From Spirochaetota bacterium (lineage in GTDB: Bacteria; Spirochaetota; UBA12135; COTS27; CBDBHE01), in contig CBDBHE010000007.1 of the NCBI GenBank assembly GCA_965205605.1, positions 544,001 through 608,000 of the forward strand: a DNA stretch of 64,000 nt, read 5' to 3'. Positions within the stretch are counted from its first letter, which is position 1; each line of letters starts with the position of its first letter. A program made the position numbers and the translations under genes. The notes beneath the pieces were generated by a model, which saw nothing but the letters and a program-made list of their open reading frames with translations, made no database searches and had not been told where the DNA came from. Of the stretch, positions 40,159-53,063 are shown piece after piece.

Positions 40159-40714
40159 AATAAGTAAAAAAGTTTTTAATCATTCTAAACCCAAAAGGAG
40201 TTAAAAATGACTCTGGGTGAAATTGTATCCCGACAATTGGATGGACTGGGTGCTCTAAAGCCATGACTTCTTTTTGACTAAAAGCAGTTGTTTTTAAAGA
40301 CGTTGAGATAGGATTTGCACAAAGAGAATTGTACCGACAAGCCAGAAATACTTTAGGTATTTTGGAAAAAAAAAGTGATTTTTGATGAGAAACTTTGACT
40401 TGCGATCCGTGAGTTGGAGTTTTTGAAAAGTTTGTTTTTCCTTTAAAAAATTCATTAATAATTTGCATTCCAAGACAAATGCCTAAAATAGGTTTTTTTT
40501 GATATTTTTTTATTATTTTAAGACAGAGCCCACTTTTTTTAGGCGTCATTGGTCCAGGTGAAATGACTAAAGCATCGGCTTGAATGGTTTTAAGAGAAAA
40601 GTCTCGGTTTCGTTTTATAACAATACAAGTATTTTTGATTTGTTTGTTAATGAGGTGAGAGAGGCTATAAGTAAAAGAATCATAATTGTCAATAATAAGA
40701 ATTGTTTTTTTCAT
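40136..40714 (-). CDS. pabA: Glutamine amidotransferase component II (PabA/TrpG)
   Basis: IDNYDSFTY, ISPGP, PILGICLG, GIQFHPES. Confidence 0.88.
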   Translation of the reverse strand: MKKTILIIDNYDSFTYSLSHLINKQIKNTCIVIKRNRDFSLKTIQADALVISPGPMTPKKSGLCLKIIKKYQKKPILGICLGMQIINEFFKGKTNFSKTPTHGSQVKVSHQKSLFFSKIPKVFLACRYNSLCANPISTSLKTTAFSQKEVMALEHPVHPIVGIQFHPESFLTPFGFRMIKNFFTYYAKDFFN

Positions 40715-40720
40715 AAATTA

Positions 40721-41473
40721 TCAAGTGTTTAATTTTTTTTTCAAAAGATACATTAAAATACCAGAAGCCACAGAAGCATTAAGAGAATTAAAATGACCAA
40801 CGCCTTTAAGACCGATGAGATAATCACTTTCTCTTAAAAGATGAGGGCGAATTCCTTTTTCTTCGGACCCAATAATAAGACATGCTTTAGAGTTTAGCTT
40901 AAGATCTTCTAAATTGTTTGTTTGTAAGTCGTTTGCTTTAGAAGCGATGATTTGATAATCGTGTTGTTTTAAAGCCTCCACAGATTTTAGTAATTTTTCA
41001 GTTTTAAAAAAAGGAACTAAAAGAGACGCTCCTGAAGAAATTTTGTGTACGGTATGATTAATGGGAGCTGAATTTTTGCTTTCAATCATCATCAAGCAAC
41101 AACCAAAATAATGAGCACTTCGAGTAATAGCTCCTAAATTATGAGGGTCTTGAATCCCATCTAAGACAATAATAAAATGATTTTTTGAGATCTGTTTGTA
41201 AAGAAAATCTTCTAAATTAGAAATAAAACGGGTCCCGTATTTGAGTTCAGCGAGGATTCCTTGATGCATATCTTCGGGACTGAGATAGTTGATTTCTTCT
41301 TTTTCAACAAAAAAAAATTGAATCTTCTTTTTTTTTAACTGATCAATTAAGTTTTGTATTTTTGGAGATACGCGACCTTTTTTAAAGTACACTTTTTTAA
41401 AAACATACCCTTCATTTAAAGCTTCTTTAATAGGATGGTAGCCGTAGAGATATTCTTTTTTTTCTTCTTTCAT
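40721..41473 (-). CDS. rlmB: 23S rRNA Gm2251 methyltransferase (TrmH family)
   Basis: YG.HPI.EAL, HQGI, LDGIQDPHNLGAI.RSA, IGSEEKG, SLNASVA. Confidence 0.92.
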   Translation of the reverse strand: MKEEKKEYLYGYHPIKEALNEGYVFKKVYFKKGRVSPKIQNLIDQLKKKKIQFFFVEKEEINYLSPEDMHQGILAELKYGTRFISNLEDFLYKQISKNHFIIVLDGIQDPHNLGAITRSAHYFGCCLMMIESKNSAPINHTVHKISSGASLLVPFFKTEKLLKSVEALKQHDYQIIASKANDLQTNNLEDLKLNSKACLIIGSEEKGIRPHLLRESDYLIGLKGVGHFNSLNASVASGILMYLLKKKLNT

Positions 41474-41494
41474 GATCTATGTATTATTGATGAT

Positions 41495-42940
41495 TTATTT
41501 AATTAATTTGATCTGATAATTATTTTTTAAATCAATGATTTGGTATCCTTTTTCAAAAATTTGTTTTCTAAGTTGATCAGCGGTTTGCCAATTTTTTTTT
41601 GCTTTGGCTTGTTTTCTTTTTTCCACCAATTCTTTAATCTCTTGGGGAATAGAAAACACAGAAACTTGATCTGAAGGAGGATTGATTTCAAAAGTATCAA
41701 AAATCTCATTGGTCATTTTAAAAAAATCTAGAAAAAAAGTCGCTGTTTTTGGAGAAAAAGTATCTTTGTTTTTATTAAAATAAGAAATTGTTTCAAAGAT
41801 TTCTCTTAAAGCTCCTGACGTATTTAAATCGTAAGCTAATTCTTTTTTAAAATTTCCATTTCGTTTTTTAATGGCTATTTGATGGTTTTTTTGATTCTTT
41901 TCATTAGAAGCCTTTGAAGTAGATTGGATGATTTGATAAAGTTCGCTAATGGTTTGATTAACTTTATTAATGGCTTTTTCAATGCCCCCAGCTTCTTGTA
42001 AAGTGAAGTTGTAGTGATTTCGGTAATGGGTTGACAAAAGCATATAGCGAATGGTGTTAGGATGGATTTTTTTTTTAATGAGATCTCTTAGGGTATAATA
42101 ATTGTTTAAAGATTTACTCATTTTTTGCCCCTCAACGAGTAAATGAGCACAATGTAACCAATAATGAACGTGTTGTTGTTGATGATAACATTCCGATTGA
42201 GCGATTTCGTTTTCGTGATGGGGAAATTTGTTGTCGATGCCCCCTGTATGGATATCAATAGGAGAGCCCAGACATTCTTTTGTCATCGCCGAACATTCAA
42301 TATGCCAACCGGGACGTCCTTTTCCAAAAGGAGATTCCCAGTAAGTTTCCCCTTCTGACTCATTGACATGCTTCCATAAAACAAAATCACTGATTTGATC
42401 ACGACTGTAGTCTTCTTGTTGGATTCTTTGGCTTGCTTCTGCTTGTTGTTTTTCCAACTTAATTTTTGAAAGCTTTCCATAATTAGGAAAAGAGTTAAGT
42501 TTAAAATAAACAGAGCCATCAACACTGGTATAAGCGTGCTTTTTTTTGATAAGGGTTTGGATCATTTCAATTATTGGTTTAATAAAATCAGTTGCTTTTG
42601 GATAATGACTGGCTTTTAAAATTTTTAAAGTTTGCAAATCTTCGTGAAAGGCTTGAATGTATTGTTTGGTGTAATTTTTTAAGCTTTGATGATTTTTTTT
42701 GGCATTTTCAATGGTTTTGTCATCGACATCGGTAATATTCATCACCAATTTTACCCGATAGCCTAATAATTTAAGAGTCCTATGAATTAAATCTGAAAAT
42801 AAAAATGAACGAAAATTGCCAAGATGAGCATAATTGTAAACCGTAGGGCCACAACTATAGAGGGTAACTTCTTTTTTTGCATGAGGGATAAAAATCTCTT
42901 CTTGATTAGAAAGTGAATTATAAAAAGCAATGTTCATCAT
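41495..42940 (-). CDS. cysS: Cysteine--tRNA ligase
   Basis: CGPTVY..HLGN, NITDVDDK, GRPGWHIECSAM, FPHHENEIAQ, KMSKS. Confidence 0.97.
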   Translation of the reverse strand: MMNIAFYNSLSNQEEIFIPHAKKEVTLYSCGPTVYNYAHLGNFRSFLFSDLIHRTLKLLGYRVKLVMNITDVDDKTIENAKKNHQSLKNYTKQYIQAFHEDLQTLKILKASHYPKATDFIKPIIEMIQTLIKKKHAYTSVDGSVYFKLNSFPNYGKLSKIKLEKQQAEASQRIQQEDYSRDQISDFVLWKHVNESEGETYWESPFGKGRPGWHIECSAMTKECLGSPIDIHTGGIDNKFPHHENEIAQSECYHQQQHVHYWLHCAHLLVEGQKMSKSLNNYYTLRDLIKKKIHPNTIRYMLLSTHYRNHYNFTLQEAGGIEKAINKVNQTISELYQIIQSTSKASNEKNQKNHQIAIKKRNGNFKKELAYDLNTSGALREIFETISYFNKNKDTFSPKTATFFLDFFKMTNEIFDTFEINPPSDQVSVFSIPQEIKELVEKRKQAKAKKNWQTADQLRKQIFEKGYQIIDLKNNYQIKLIK

Positions 42941-44235
42941 GGGTTATTTAAAGTTTCGATACGATAAAAAGTAGGTTTTTCTGTAATAAAAGAAAAAGCA
43001 GTGATGGTTTTTAAAATTTTCAAAAAAGCTTTTTCTTGACATTGATGCGTTGTTAAGATAATGGCGACATGATGATGAATTTTTTTTTTCTGATTTAAAG
43101 TGTCGATACTAGTATTATTTTGATAAAAAACATTGGTAATTTGTTTTAAGATTCCTTTTTTTTCAATAACAGTAAGGCGCATATAATAAGCGCTCATAAT
43201 TTCTTTCATAGAAACGATCGTTTTTTTTGAAAAAGCAATGATTTGATTAGAAAATGAAGCAGCTCCTAAGAGTTTAGAGCCAATCGCCACAAGATCACTA
43301 ATGACAGCAGAGGCTGTTGGCAAACTACCGGCTCCTTTTCCATAAAAAAGAGTATTGTCTAAAAAATCGGATTTAATAAAAATAGCGTTGTATTCATTTT
43401 CTACTTGAGCGAGTTCATTTCCAATGGGAATGAGTGTTGGATGGACACGAGCTTCAATGGTTTTGTTTGTAATTTCTTTTAAAATACCAAGAAGTTTAAT
43501 TTTAAAACCGAGCTCTTTTGTATAAAAAATATCTTTAGGATCAATTTTTATAATACCTTGAGTGAAGATTTTTTGGTAATTAATAGAAGTATTAAAAACG
43601 ATTTGTCCTAAAAGGGCTATTTTTTGAGTTGTATCGAGTCCACTGATATCTAAAGAAGGGTCTTGTTCAGCAAAGCCTAATGATTGAGCTTTTTTAAGAG
43701 CACTTGGTAAGGATTCTTTTTCAAGGTTCATTTTGGAGATAATGTAATTACAGGTACCATTGATAATGCAGTAAAGTCCTTTGATATGGTTAGAAGCAAA
43801 ATGTTCTTTTAATGTTTTTACAATGGGGATTCCTCCTCCAATAGCGGCTTCATAAGAAAGAGTGACTTGATGTGTTTTTGCTAATTTAAAAAGTGCTTTA
43901 CCGTGTTGAGAGAGGAGGGCTTTATTGGCGGTGACGACGTGTTTTTTTTTTTTGAGAGCTTGTTCGATGATTTCTTTTGCAGGGCTCGTGTTTCCTATAA
44001 GTTCGACGACAATGTCAATCGAAGGATCAGAGACAATTTCTTGATAATTTGTGCTTAATGTTATATTGGGAAATTGTTTTTTTTTTTTTAAAATATTTTT
44101 AGAACAAAGTGTTTTTATGTTTAATTTAAAACCCAATCGTTTATAAAGCAAACTTTGTTTTTGTTGTAAGATTTTAATCACTCCTGAGCCTACAACACCA
44201 GAGCCAATTATACCGATATTAATTTTTTTGATCAT
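42937..44235 (-). CDS. hom: Homoserine dehydrogenase with ACT domain
   Basis: GSGVVG, VVTANKA, YEAAIGGGIP, INGTCNYI, GFAE.DP..D..G.D, GKGAGSLPTASAV. Confidence 0.95.
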   Translation of the reverse strand: MIKKINIGIIGSGVVGSGVIKILQQKQSLLYKRLGFKLNIKTLCSKNILKKKKQFPNITLSTNYQEIVSDPSIDIVVELIGNTSPAKEIIEQALKKKKHVVTANKALLSQHGKALFKLAKTHQVTLSYEAAIGGGIPIVKTLKEHFASNHIKGLYCIINGTCNYIISKMNLEKESLPSALKKAQSLGFAEQDPSLDISGLDTTQKIALLGQIVFNTSINYQKIFTQGIIKIDPKDIFYTKELGFKIKLLGILKEITNKTIEARVHPTLIPIGNELAQVENEYNAIFIKSDFLDNTLFYGKGAGSLPTASAVISDLVAIGSKLLGAASFSNQIIAFSKKTIVSMKEIMSAYYMRLTVIEKKGILKQITNVFYQNNTSIDTLNQKKKIHHHVAIILTTHQCQEKAFLKILKTITAFSFITEKPTFYRIETLNNP

Positions 44236-44329
44236 TTTTAAAGTGAAAAAATAAGACTTAATAATTATCGTATCATTTTTTAAAATGTTCTTAAGTAAGA
44301 TTTTTAGCTTTGATTTTTTTTCTTTTTTC

Positions 44330-44358
44330 TTGACTTCTTTTTTTTTTCTTATTATATT
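44330..44358 (+). promoter_or_regulatory. Putative sigma70 promoter of groESL
   Basis: TTGACT-17 bp-TATATT. Confidence 0.5.
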
Positions 44359-44471
44359 ACTGATTAGATAGAGTTTTGGACTCTCTTCATAAAAAATCTT
44401 AAAAAAATAAAAACAAATTGTTTTATTTACTTTTATAAAAAAAAGTAAATTTTATAAAATTAAAGGAGTCA

Positions 44472-46462
<1,991 letters not shown>

Positions 46463-46495
46463 TTTTTTAATTTCTTTACAATCAATACAAGATAC

Positions 46496-46552
46496 AAAGA
46501 ACAAATTTTTTTGAGACTTATTACTTAGAAAAGTTTGTTCTTTTTTTTTTTT
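46496..46552 (+). terminator. Putative intrinsic terminator after groEL
   Basis: AAAGAACAAA...TTTGTTCTTT imperfect hairpin followed by a long T run. Confidence 0.6.
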
Positions 46553-46593
46553 CATGTTAAATTAACTTTAACTGTTTCCGTTTTTTCAAGTGA

Positions 46594-46623
46594 TAAAATA
46601 AAATAAAATAAAATAAAATAAAA
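46594..46623. repeat. (TAAAA)6 microsatellite upstream of the beta-barrel gene
   Basis: Six perfect 5-bp units read directly from the sequence. Confidence 0.85.
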
Positions 46624-46661
46624 TTGAATATTATTATTCAAAATAAAAGGAGTCAAAAAAA

Positions 46662-47711
46662 ATGAGGATATTGTTATTAATAGTTACTTTATTTTTTAGT
46701 ATGTCTATAGGAAAGAATCTTTTCTCTGATGAGCACACTAAAAGTTATTTTTCTGTTGCAGCACAGGGCGATTTATGGATTGACGACGTAGGGTCTGAAA
46801 ATGAGCAAAAAAACTATGAAAATGGTTTGTTTGATCTTATAGTAGGGGCAAATTTAAGTGAAAATGTTGCCGTAGAGATGTATCTTACCGCTGGAGCAGA
46901 AGATATAAGAACAGTCCCTCGTGGATCGGGTGATGACCGGTGGCCGGGTGTTGCTTTTGATGGGGTGTCACTTCTTTGGAAAGTAAATGAACATGTGGAT
47001 CTTACTTTAGGAGATTATGTACTCCATTATGGAGTTCCTAAGTTTTACCGTTTACGAAACTCAGCATTAATTCTTCCAGAAACGTTTTCTAGAGGAGCTC
47101 ATGGGGTTTTTAAACTAGGTGAAAAATGGACTTTAGAAGCAGGATTAGGGGTTTTAGATCGTTTCTCTTTCAACGAAAGTTCTTTATCTTTTAAACTTGC
47201 GTGTAGTAAACTCTTCAATCTGTATGCAGGAGCTAATATTGGTTCAGATGATAATACTAGTTATTTCTATGGGCTTGAGATTTTCTTTTCTGGATTAACG
47301 ATTACACTTGCAGCCAAACAAAACTTTGATGGGATTTCATGCTTATTTTTTAATCCTGGCATTGAAGGACATTATAAAATGGGTGAAAATTTTTTACTTG
47401 ATTTTGGTGTCTTAGGTGAGCAAAACTCAAATGAGGAAGTGGAAGAGGCTGAATTAATAGCTTCTTCTTTATTTCTTGACAATCGTTTAAATTTTTGGTA
47501 TTACGTAGAACCAGGTTATCAGTTTAATAAACTTTTTTCTTTAGGGCTTAATTTTAATGTTCCTTATGGAGAAAGTGAGGCACTGGGTTTAAATTTTGAA
47601 CCAAGATTTTATATTGATACGACTGAAAACACACAAACTGTTTTTTGGGTTGCTTATAATACGGAAGAAAACAAACCTTCTTTAGGAATGGAATTTAATT
47701 ATAATTTCTAA
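46662..47711 (+). CDS. Outer-membrane beta-barrel protein of unknown function
   Basis: Signal peptide, amphipathic beta strands, C-terminal MEFNYNF; AAGGAG RBS. Confidence 0.7.
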   Translation: MRILLLIVTLFFSMSIGKNLFSDEHTKSYFSVAAQGDLWIDDVGSENEQKNYENGLFDLIVGANLSENVAVEMYLTAGAEDIRTVPRGSGDDRWPGVAFDGVSLLWKVNEHVDLTLGDYVLHYGVPKFYRLRNSALILPETFSRGAHGVFKLGEKWTLEAGLGVLDRFSFNESSLSFKLACSKLFNLYAGANIGSDDNTSYFYGLEIFFSGLTITLAAKQNFDGISCLFFNPGIEGHYKMGENFLLDFGVLGEQNSNEEVEEAELIASSLFLDNRLNFWYYVEPGYQFNKLFSLGLNFNVPYGESEALGLNFEPRFYIDTTENTQTVFWVAYNTEENKPSLGMEFNYNF

Positions 47712-47728
47712 AGAACTAATATCAATTT

Positions 47729-47782
47729 AGCAAAATTTCACTTCTTATTTTAAACAATAAAAAGCGAAATTTTGCTTTTTTT
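47729..47782 (+). terminator. Putative intrinsic terminator
   Basis: AGCAAAATTTC...GAAATTTTGCT hairpin with T tail; a second AT-rich hairpin follows at about 47784-47820. Confidence 0.65.
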
Positions 47783-47939
47783 CAAAAAATCAAAAAATTT
47801 AGTTAAATTTTTTGATTTTAATTTATTCTTATCAAAAAAGCTTTTTTTGGCTTAAAAGCCTTCTTTATTTATTTTTTACATAAGAAATAAGCTTATTTTA
47901 TGTTAAAATAAACCTCATTAGAAAAAGGTTTACTAAAAA

Positions 47940-49658
47940 ATGTCTAATTTAAGCTTAAATGGTGCTGAAATTTTAATTAAGTATTTAGAAAAGCACGGTG
48001 TAAAGTATATTTTTGGGTATTCTGGGGGAGCTGCAATTCCTATTTTTGATGCGCTCTATGACTCTAAGATTGAGCTTATTTTAACAAGACACGAACAAGG
48101 AGCCACTCATATGGCAGATGGGTATGCTCGTGTAGTAGGCAAAGCGGGGGTTGTTTTAGTCACTAGTGGTCCTGGGGCCACCAATACAATTACAGGGATT
48201 TTGACAGCTCAAATGGATTCAGTGCCGATGGTTGTTATTACAGGGCAAACTTTAAGCACTAATTTAGGTAAAGATGCTTTTCAAGAAGCCGATGTATTTG
48301 GAATCACTCTTCCTGTTGTCAAACATAATTATTTAGTAAGGAATGTGAAAGAAATCCCAAGAATTATTAATGAAGCCTTTCACATTGCCACAACAGGTAG
48401 GCCAGGACCTGTTTTAATTGATGTCCCAAAAGACATTAGTTCTGCTCCTTTAGGTCAAGAAATCATAAAAGATAAAATTGACTTACCAGGGTATCAACTA
48501 GATGAATCAGTGGATCTTGATGCGATTGATCGGATTGTTTCTCTTTTTCATCAATCAGAAAGGCCTTTAATTTTAGCCGGTCATGGGGCTTTAATTGCAA
48601 AAGCTAGCAACTCTCTTTTTGATTTTGCTAACAAAGCTAAAGTGCCTATTGTCAATACTCTTTTAGGTAAAGGGGTTTTTCCAGAAACGCATGAGTTTTC
48701 TCTTGGGATGCTTGGAATGCATGGCACGGCGTATGCTAATAAAGCATTAGTTCGTTGTGACTTGATAATGTCTATTGGTTCTAGGTGGGATGATCGCATT
48801 AATGGAAATCCAAAGAAGTTTTGTGTGAATGCAAAAAAAATTCATATTGATATTGATCCGGCTGAAATTAATAAAGTGCAACTAGTGGATGAATATGTGA
48901 TTGGTGATGCTAGAAAAATACTTGAGGCGATTGCTGAAAAAGTACAACCTTTACAGACAAGCGCTTGGATTAAAGAAGTCAGTAAATATAAAAAAAAATA
49001 CCCTTTAAAGTATAAAAAAAAAGGGGGACTTAAAGCTCAATTTGTGATTGATGCTCTTTATGACATCACTAAAGAACAGCACCCTATTATTAGTACTGAT
49101 GTTGGTCAACATCAAATGTGGGCAGCACAATTTTATAAAATTGATAAAGCAAATACTTGGCTCTCTTCTGGAGGGGCAGGAACTATGGGATTTGGCTTTC
49201 CTGCAGCTATTGGTGCTCAATTGGCTAAACCAAAAGACCTCGTTATTAGTATTGTAGGCGATGGAGGGTTTCAAATGACTCTTTATGAACTTTCAACCAT
49301 TGTCGTTCATAAGCTCCCTGTTAAAATTATTATCATTGATAATAAATATTTAGGGATGGTGAGGCAATGGCAAGAACTTTTTTATGATAATCGTTATTCT
49401 GGGATTGATTTAAAAGGAAGTCCTGATTTTGTTAAATTAGCTCAAGCTTATGGAGTCAAAGGGTTTAGAATTAAACGTTCAGCGGATGTTGTGAAAGTCC
49501 TAAAAAGGGCTATTGCTTATGAAGGACCTTGTTTGGTGCATGCAGAAGTCGTTAAAGAAGATAATGTCTTTCCCATGATTCCCTCTGGAGAAGCAGCAGA
49601 AGCGATGATTATTGAAAATCCTACCAAAAAACTTAAAAAACCTAAAGGTAGTACTTAA
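47940..49658 (+). CDS. ilvB: Acetolactate synthase large subunit
   Basis: [52 protein letters not shown]. Confidence 0.97.
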   Translation: MSNLSLNGAEILIKYLEKHGVKYIFGYSGGAAIPIFDALYDSKIELILTRHEQGATHMADGYARVVGKAGVVLVTSGPGATNTITGILTAQMDSVPMVVITGQTLSTNLGKDAFQEADVFGITLPVVKHNYLVRNVKEIPRIINEAFHIATTGRPGPVLIDVPKDISSAPLGQEIIKDKIDLPGYQLDESVDLDAIDRIVSLFHQSERPLILAGHGALIAKASNSLFDFANKAKVPIVNTLLGKGVFPETHEFSLGMLGMHGTAYANKALVRCDLIMSIGSRWDDRINGNPKKFCVNAKKIHIDIDPAEINKVQLVDEYVIGDARKILEAIAEKVQPLQTSAWIKEVSKYKKKYPLKYKKKGGLKAQFVIDALYDITKEQHPIISTDVGQHQMWAAQFYKIDKANTWLSSGGAGTMGFGFPAAIGAQLAKPKDLVISIVGDGGFQMTLYELSTIVVHKLPVKIIIIDNKYLGMVRQWQELFYDNRYSGIDLKGSPDFVKLAQAYGVKGFRIKRSADVVKVLKRAIAYEGPCLVHAEVVKEDNVFPMIPSGEAAEAMIIENPTKKLKKPKGST

Positions 49659-49679
49659 GGTAGTACTTAATTTTTCATT

Positions 49680-50183
49680 ATGAAAAAAAATCAAAATTTA
49701 CATACGATTTCGGTTTATGTTACCAATCATGTGGGTGTTTTAGGAAGAATTTGCCTTATTTTTTCTAGAAGAGGGTTTAATATTGAATCTTTAGTGGTCT
49801 CTCCTACTAAAGATGAGCAATATTCTCGTATGACGATTACTTCTAAAGGTGATAAAGATACTTTAAAACAAATTATTAAGCAAGTGACGAGACTGATTGA
49901 TGTCCTTCATGCCATTGATCATACGGATGGTAATGTTATAGAAATTGAAAGTGCTTTGGTAAAAATATTAATTTTAGATGCGCCATCGAGAACGTTTGTT
50001 TTACAACTAGTAAGTCATTTTAAAGCTCAAACAGTTGATTTTACAGAAGAATCTTTAGTGATTCATGTTTCAGGAAAAACTGAAAAATTAGATGCTTTTA
50101 TTAGTATGCTAAGTCGCTTTGATGTTGTTGAAATCGTAAGAACAGGAAAAATCTTAATGTGTCGAGGAAAAGAAAGGACTTAA
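49680..50183 (+). CDS. ilvN: Acetolactate synthase small subunit
   Basis: N..GVL.RI..IFSRRGFNIESL, SRMTI, EIVRTG. Confidence 0.95.
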   Translation: MKKNQNLHTISVYVTNHVGVLGRICLIFSRRGFNIESLVVSPTKDEQYSRMTITSKGDKDTLKQIIKQVTRLIDVLHAIDHTDGNVIEIESALVKILILDAPSRTFVLQLVSHFKAQTVDFTEESLVIHVSGKTEKLDAFISMLSRFDVVEIVRTGKILMCRGKERT

Positions 50184-50249
50184 GTAATTTAAAAGAATGA
50201 TAATTGTATTTTTTTTATATTATAATAAAAATACATTGGTTTTACTCCC

Positions 50250-51296
50250 ATGAAAGATTTACTTATTAACAATATTCGTATTGAAAATTACGATCCTTTT
50301 ATTACGGTTAAAGACTTGAGAAATAGTTATCTTTTAGAGGATCAAACAGCTAGAGTTATTTTAAAAGTAAGGCAAGAGTTTATTGATATTTTAGAAGGGA
50401 AAGATGATCGATTTGTTATTATTTGTGGGCCGTGTTCGATTCATGATGAAAAGATGGCGATGGAGTATGCCCAGAAACTTCTTAAATTAAAAAAGCAGTA
50501 TGAAAAGAAATTTTTAGTTTTAATGCGAGTTTACTTTGAAAAACCTAGGACGATAGTTGGTTGGAAGGGACTTATAAATGATCCTTATTTAAATGGATCC
50601 AATGATATTAATCATGGACTAAAATTAGCTCGTAAATTATTAGTTAAAATTGCTTCTCTTGGTATAGGGACGGCAACGGAGCTTTTAGATCCTATTATTG
50701 CCGCTTATCTTGGGGAATTGGTTTCTTGGGTTGCCATAGGAGCTAGGACAACAGAATCTCAAACTCATAGACAAATGGCAAGTGGTTTATCTGCTCCTGT
50801 AGGGTATAAAAATGCAACTAATGGAGATCTTTTAGTTGCAATTAATGCGATGAAATCAGCACAAGCTCCGCATAGTTTTTTAAGTGTTGATGATAATGGC
50901 AAATGTAGTATTGTGCATACAAAAGGCAATCCTTATGGTCATATTATCTTAAGAGGAGGAGGGGGAAAACCTAATTTCCACTTAGAAGATATTGAAACAA
51001 CAGAGATTCTTTTAAAAAAAAATAATTTTAATCAGAAAATCATGGTGGACTGTAGTCATGAAAATTCTTATAAAAATTATAAAAAACAATTTTTAGTGAT
51101 TAAAGATATTGTTGCTCAAAAGAAAATAGGCAACCAATCTATTTTTGCTCTTATGATGGAAAGTAATTTAAAAGAAGGTAATCAAAAACTTGTTAATAAT
51201 CCTAAAGACCTTGAGTACGGGGTTTCTATTACAGATCAATGTATTGGGTGGAAAGAAACGGTTGAAATTTTTAATTTTCTTGGTCAAAATCTTTAA
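50250..51296 (+). CDS. aroG: DAHP synthase, class I-alpha (AroF/G/H type; isoform not resolved)
   Basis: GPCSIHD, MRVYFEKPRTIVGWKGLINDP, IGARTTESQTHR, DCSH.NS, YGVSITD.C. Confidence 0.92.
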   Translation: MKDLLINNIRIENYDPFITVKDLRNSYLLEDQTARVILKVRQEFIDILEGKDDRFVIICGPCSIHDEKMAMEYAQKLLKLKKQYEKKFLVLMRVYFEKPRTIVGWKGLINDPYLNGSNDINHGLKLARKLLVKIASLGIGTATELLDPIIAAYLGELVSWVAIGARTTESQTHRQMASGLSAPVGYKNATNGDLLVAINAMKSAQAPHSFLSVDDNGKCSIVHTKGNPYGHIILRGGGGKPNFHLEDIETTEILLKKNNFNQKIMVDCSHENSYKNYKKQFLVIKDIVAQKKIGNQSIFALMMESNLKEGNQKLVNNPKDLEYGVSITDQCIGWKETVEIFNFLGQNL

Positions 51297-51320
51297 TCAA
51301 AAGAATTTTTATTGTTTTAA

Positions 51321-53063
51321 GTGAATGATTTTTTTTTATCTGGCAATGAAGCTTTAGCTCACGCTTGTCTTAAAAATGATGTCAAAATAGCAACGGGTTA
51401 TCCGGGAACTCCTTCAACAGAAGTTATTGAAACACTTAAAAAGCTTGGGGGAGAGACTCAAGCTTTTTGGTCTTCTAATGAAAAAGTTGCTTTAGAAATT
51501 GCTTTAGGGGCTTGTTTTACAGGAGCGAGAACAGTGGTTGTGATGAAGCATGTGGGTCTTAACGTGGCCTCAGATCCTTTTATGACAGCTTCTTACACGG
51601 GTGTTAAGGGAGGATTTGTGGTTATTTCTTGTGATGACCCTAATATGTATAGCTCTCAAAATGAGCAAGACAATCGTCATTACGCCGCCTTTGCTAAAAT
51701 ACCTATGTTAGAGCCTAGTGATTCTCAAGAATCTTATGATTTTTTACGCTATGCCTTTCATCTCTCAGAATCTTATGACACTCCTGTTTTATTTAGAATG
51801 ACCACTCGAGTTTGTCATTCTAAATCGGTGGTTTGCATTACCGAAGATCAAAATTCAAATCCTTTAAAAATATCTTTTGAAAACCAGCAAGAGAAATTTA
51901 TTATGTTGCCTGCTTATGGGCGAAAACGACATTATTTCGTTGAAGAAAGGATCAAGCGATTACAAGATTTTTCTAGTAAAATTAAAATTAATGTTTTTGA
52001 AAAAGGAGAAGGAGATACTCTCTATATTACTTCAGGAGTCAGTTATCACTACTTAAAAGAAATTTTACCTAAAGCGCCTATTTTAAAATTGGCCATGTCT
52101 TATCCTTTACCGATTGAAAAAATTAAAAAATTAAGCTCTTCTTTTTCAAAAATTGTTTGTGTTGAAGAGCTCGATCCTTTTTTAGAAATGAGACTTTTAG
52201 CCGAAGGTCTTTGTGTGCAGAAAAGAAATGATTCTTTTTATTGTGGAGAATTATCTCCTAAAAGAGTTTTAAGTCTTATTACAGATAATGAAGAAAAAGA
52301 AGAAGCGTTTGTTTTTGATAGTCAAAATCCCCCTTCTTTGTGTTCAGGGTGCCCTCATTTAACGATTTCCATTTTACTAAGAGATCTTAATTTAAGAGTT
52401 TGTGGGGATATTGGTTGTTATACGTTGGGGGCACAAGCTCCTTTTAAAGCGATTGGTTCGGTTGTGGATATGGGAGCAAGTATTCCGATGATGGTGGGAA
52501 TGAATAAAGTTTTGCCCAAGGAAGAGAAAAAACGAACGGTTGCTGTGATTGGAGATTCGACGTTTCTTCATTCGGGGATTAGTGGTTTAATAGATGCGGT
52601 TTATCAAAGTGATTTAGGGGTTGTTTGCCTTTTAAATAATGATGCAACCGCTATGACCGGTAGGCAATCTCATCCTGGAAGTTTGCAACAAGAAGCAGGA
52701 AAGCATCAAAAAGTCAATTATTCCAAATTAGCTTTAGCTTTAGGAGTGAAGCATTTACATCAAGTCGATCCATATGATTTGCATGCTTGTAAAACAATTT
52801 TAAAAAAGGCTTTAAAAGAAGAAGATCTTAGTTTGATTATTTTTAATCGAGCGTGCGCATTGATTAGTCCTAAAGAAAAAATGATTGCAGAGACGAAAGA
52901 TTTTTGTGTGCGTTGCGGGGAATGTTTGGCGGTTGGTTGTCCGAGTATTTCTTTTGATTTAAATCTTAAAAGACCAATTATTGATGAGCATTCTTGTACG
53001 GGATGCCGGATTTGCTTTGATGTTTGTGATCATCAATCTATTGTGATGAAGCATAAATCTTGA
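51321..53063 (+). CDS. iorA: Indolepyruvate:ferredoxin oxidoreductase alpha subunit
   Basis: GNEA, GYPGTPSTE, NEKVALE, MKHVGLNVA.D, SSQNEQDNR, C.GCPH, GDSTFLHSG, two C-terminal 4Fe-4S motifs. Confidence 0.93.
   Translation: MNDFFLSGNEALAHACLKNDVKIATGYPGTPSTEVIETLKKLGGETQAFWSSNEKVALEIALGACFTGARTVVVMKHVGLNVASDPFMTASYTGVKGGFVVISCDDPNMYSSQNEQDNRHYAAFAKIPMLEPSDSQESYDFLRYAFHLSESYDTPVLFRMTTRVCHSKSVVCITEDQNSNPLKISFENQQEKFIMLPAYGRKRHYFVEERIKRLQDFSSKIKINVFEKGEGDTLYITSGVSYHYLKEILPKAPILKLAMSYPLPIEKIKKLSSSFSKIVCVEELDPFLEMRLLAEGLCVQKRNDSFYCGELSPKRVLSLITDNEEKEEAFVFDSQNPPSLCSGCPHLTISILLRDLNLRVCGDIGCYTLGAQAPFKAIGSVVDMGASIPMMVGMNKVLPKEEKKRTVAVIGDSTFLHSGISGLIDAVYQSDLGVVCLLNNDATAMTGRQSHPGSLQQEAGKHQKVNYSKLALALGVKHLHQVDPYDLHACKTILKKALKEEDLSLIIFNRACALISPKEKMIAETKDFCVRCGECLAVGCPSISFDLNLKRPIIDEHSCTGCRICFDVCDHQSIVMKHKS

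Noticed and set aside
44340-44470. CIRCE operator before groES
   Set aside because: No TTAGCACTC-N9-GAGTGCTAA; only a short AGAGT/ACTCT hairpin.
49645-49670. 12-bp tandem duplication (AGGTAGTACTTA x2) at the ilvB stop
   Set aside because: Local slippage duplication with no effect on coding; no element associated.
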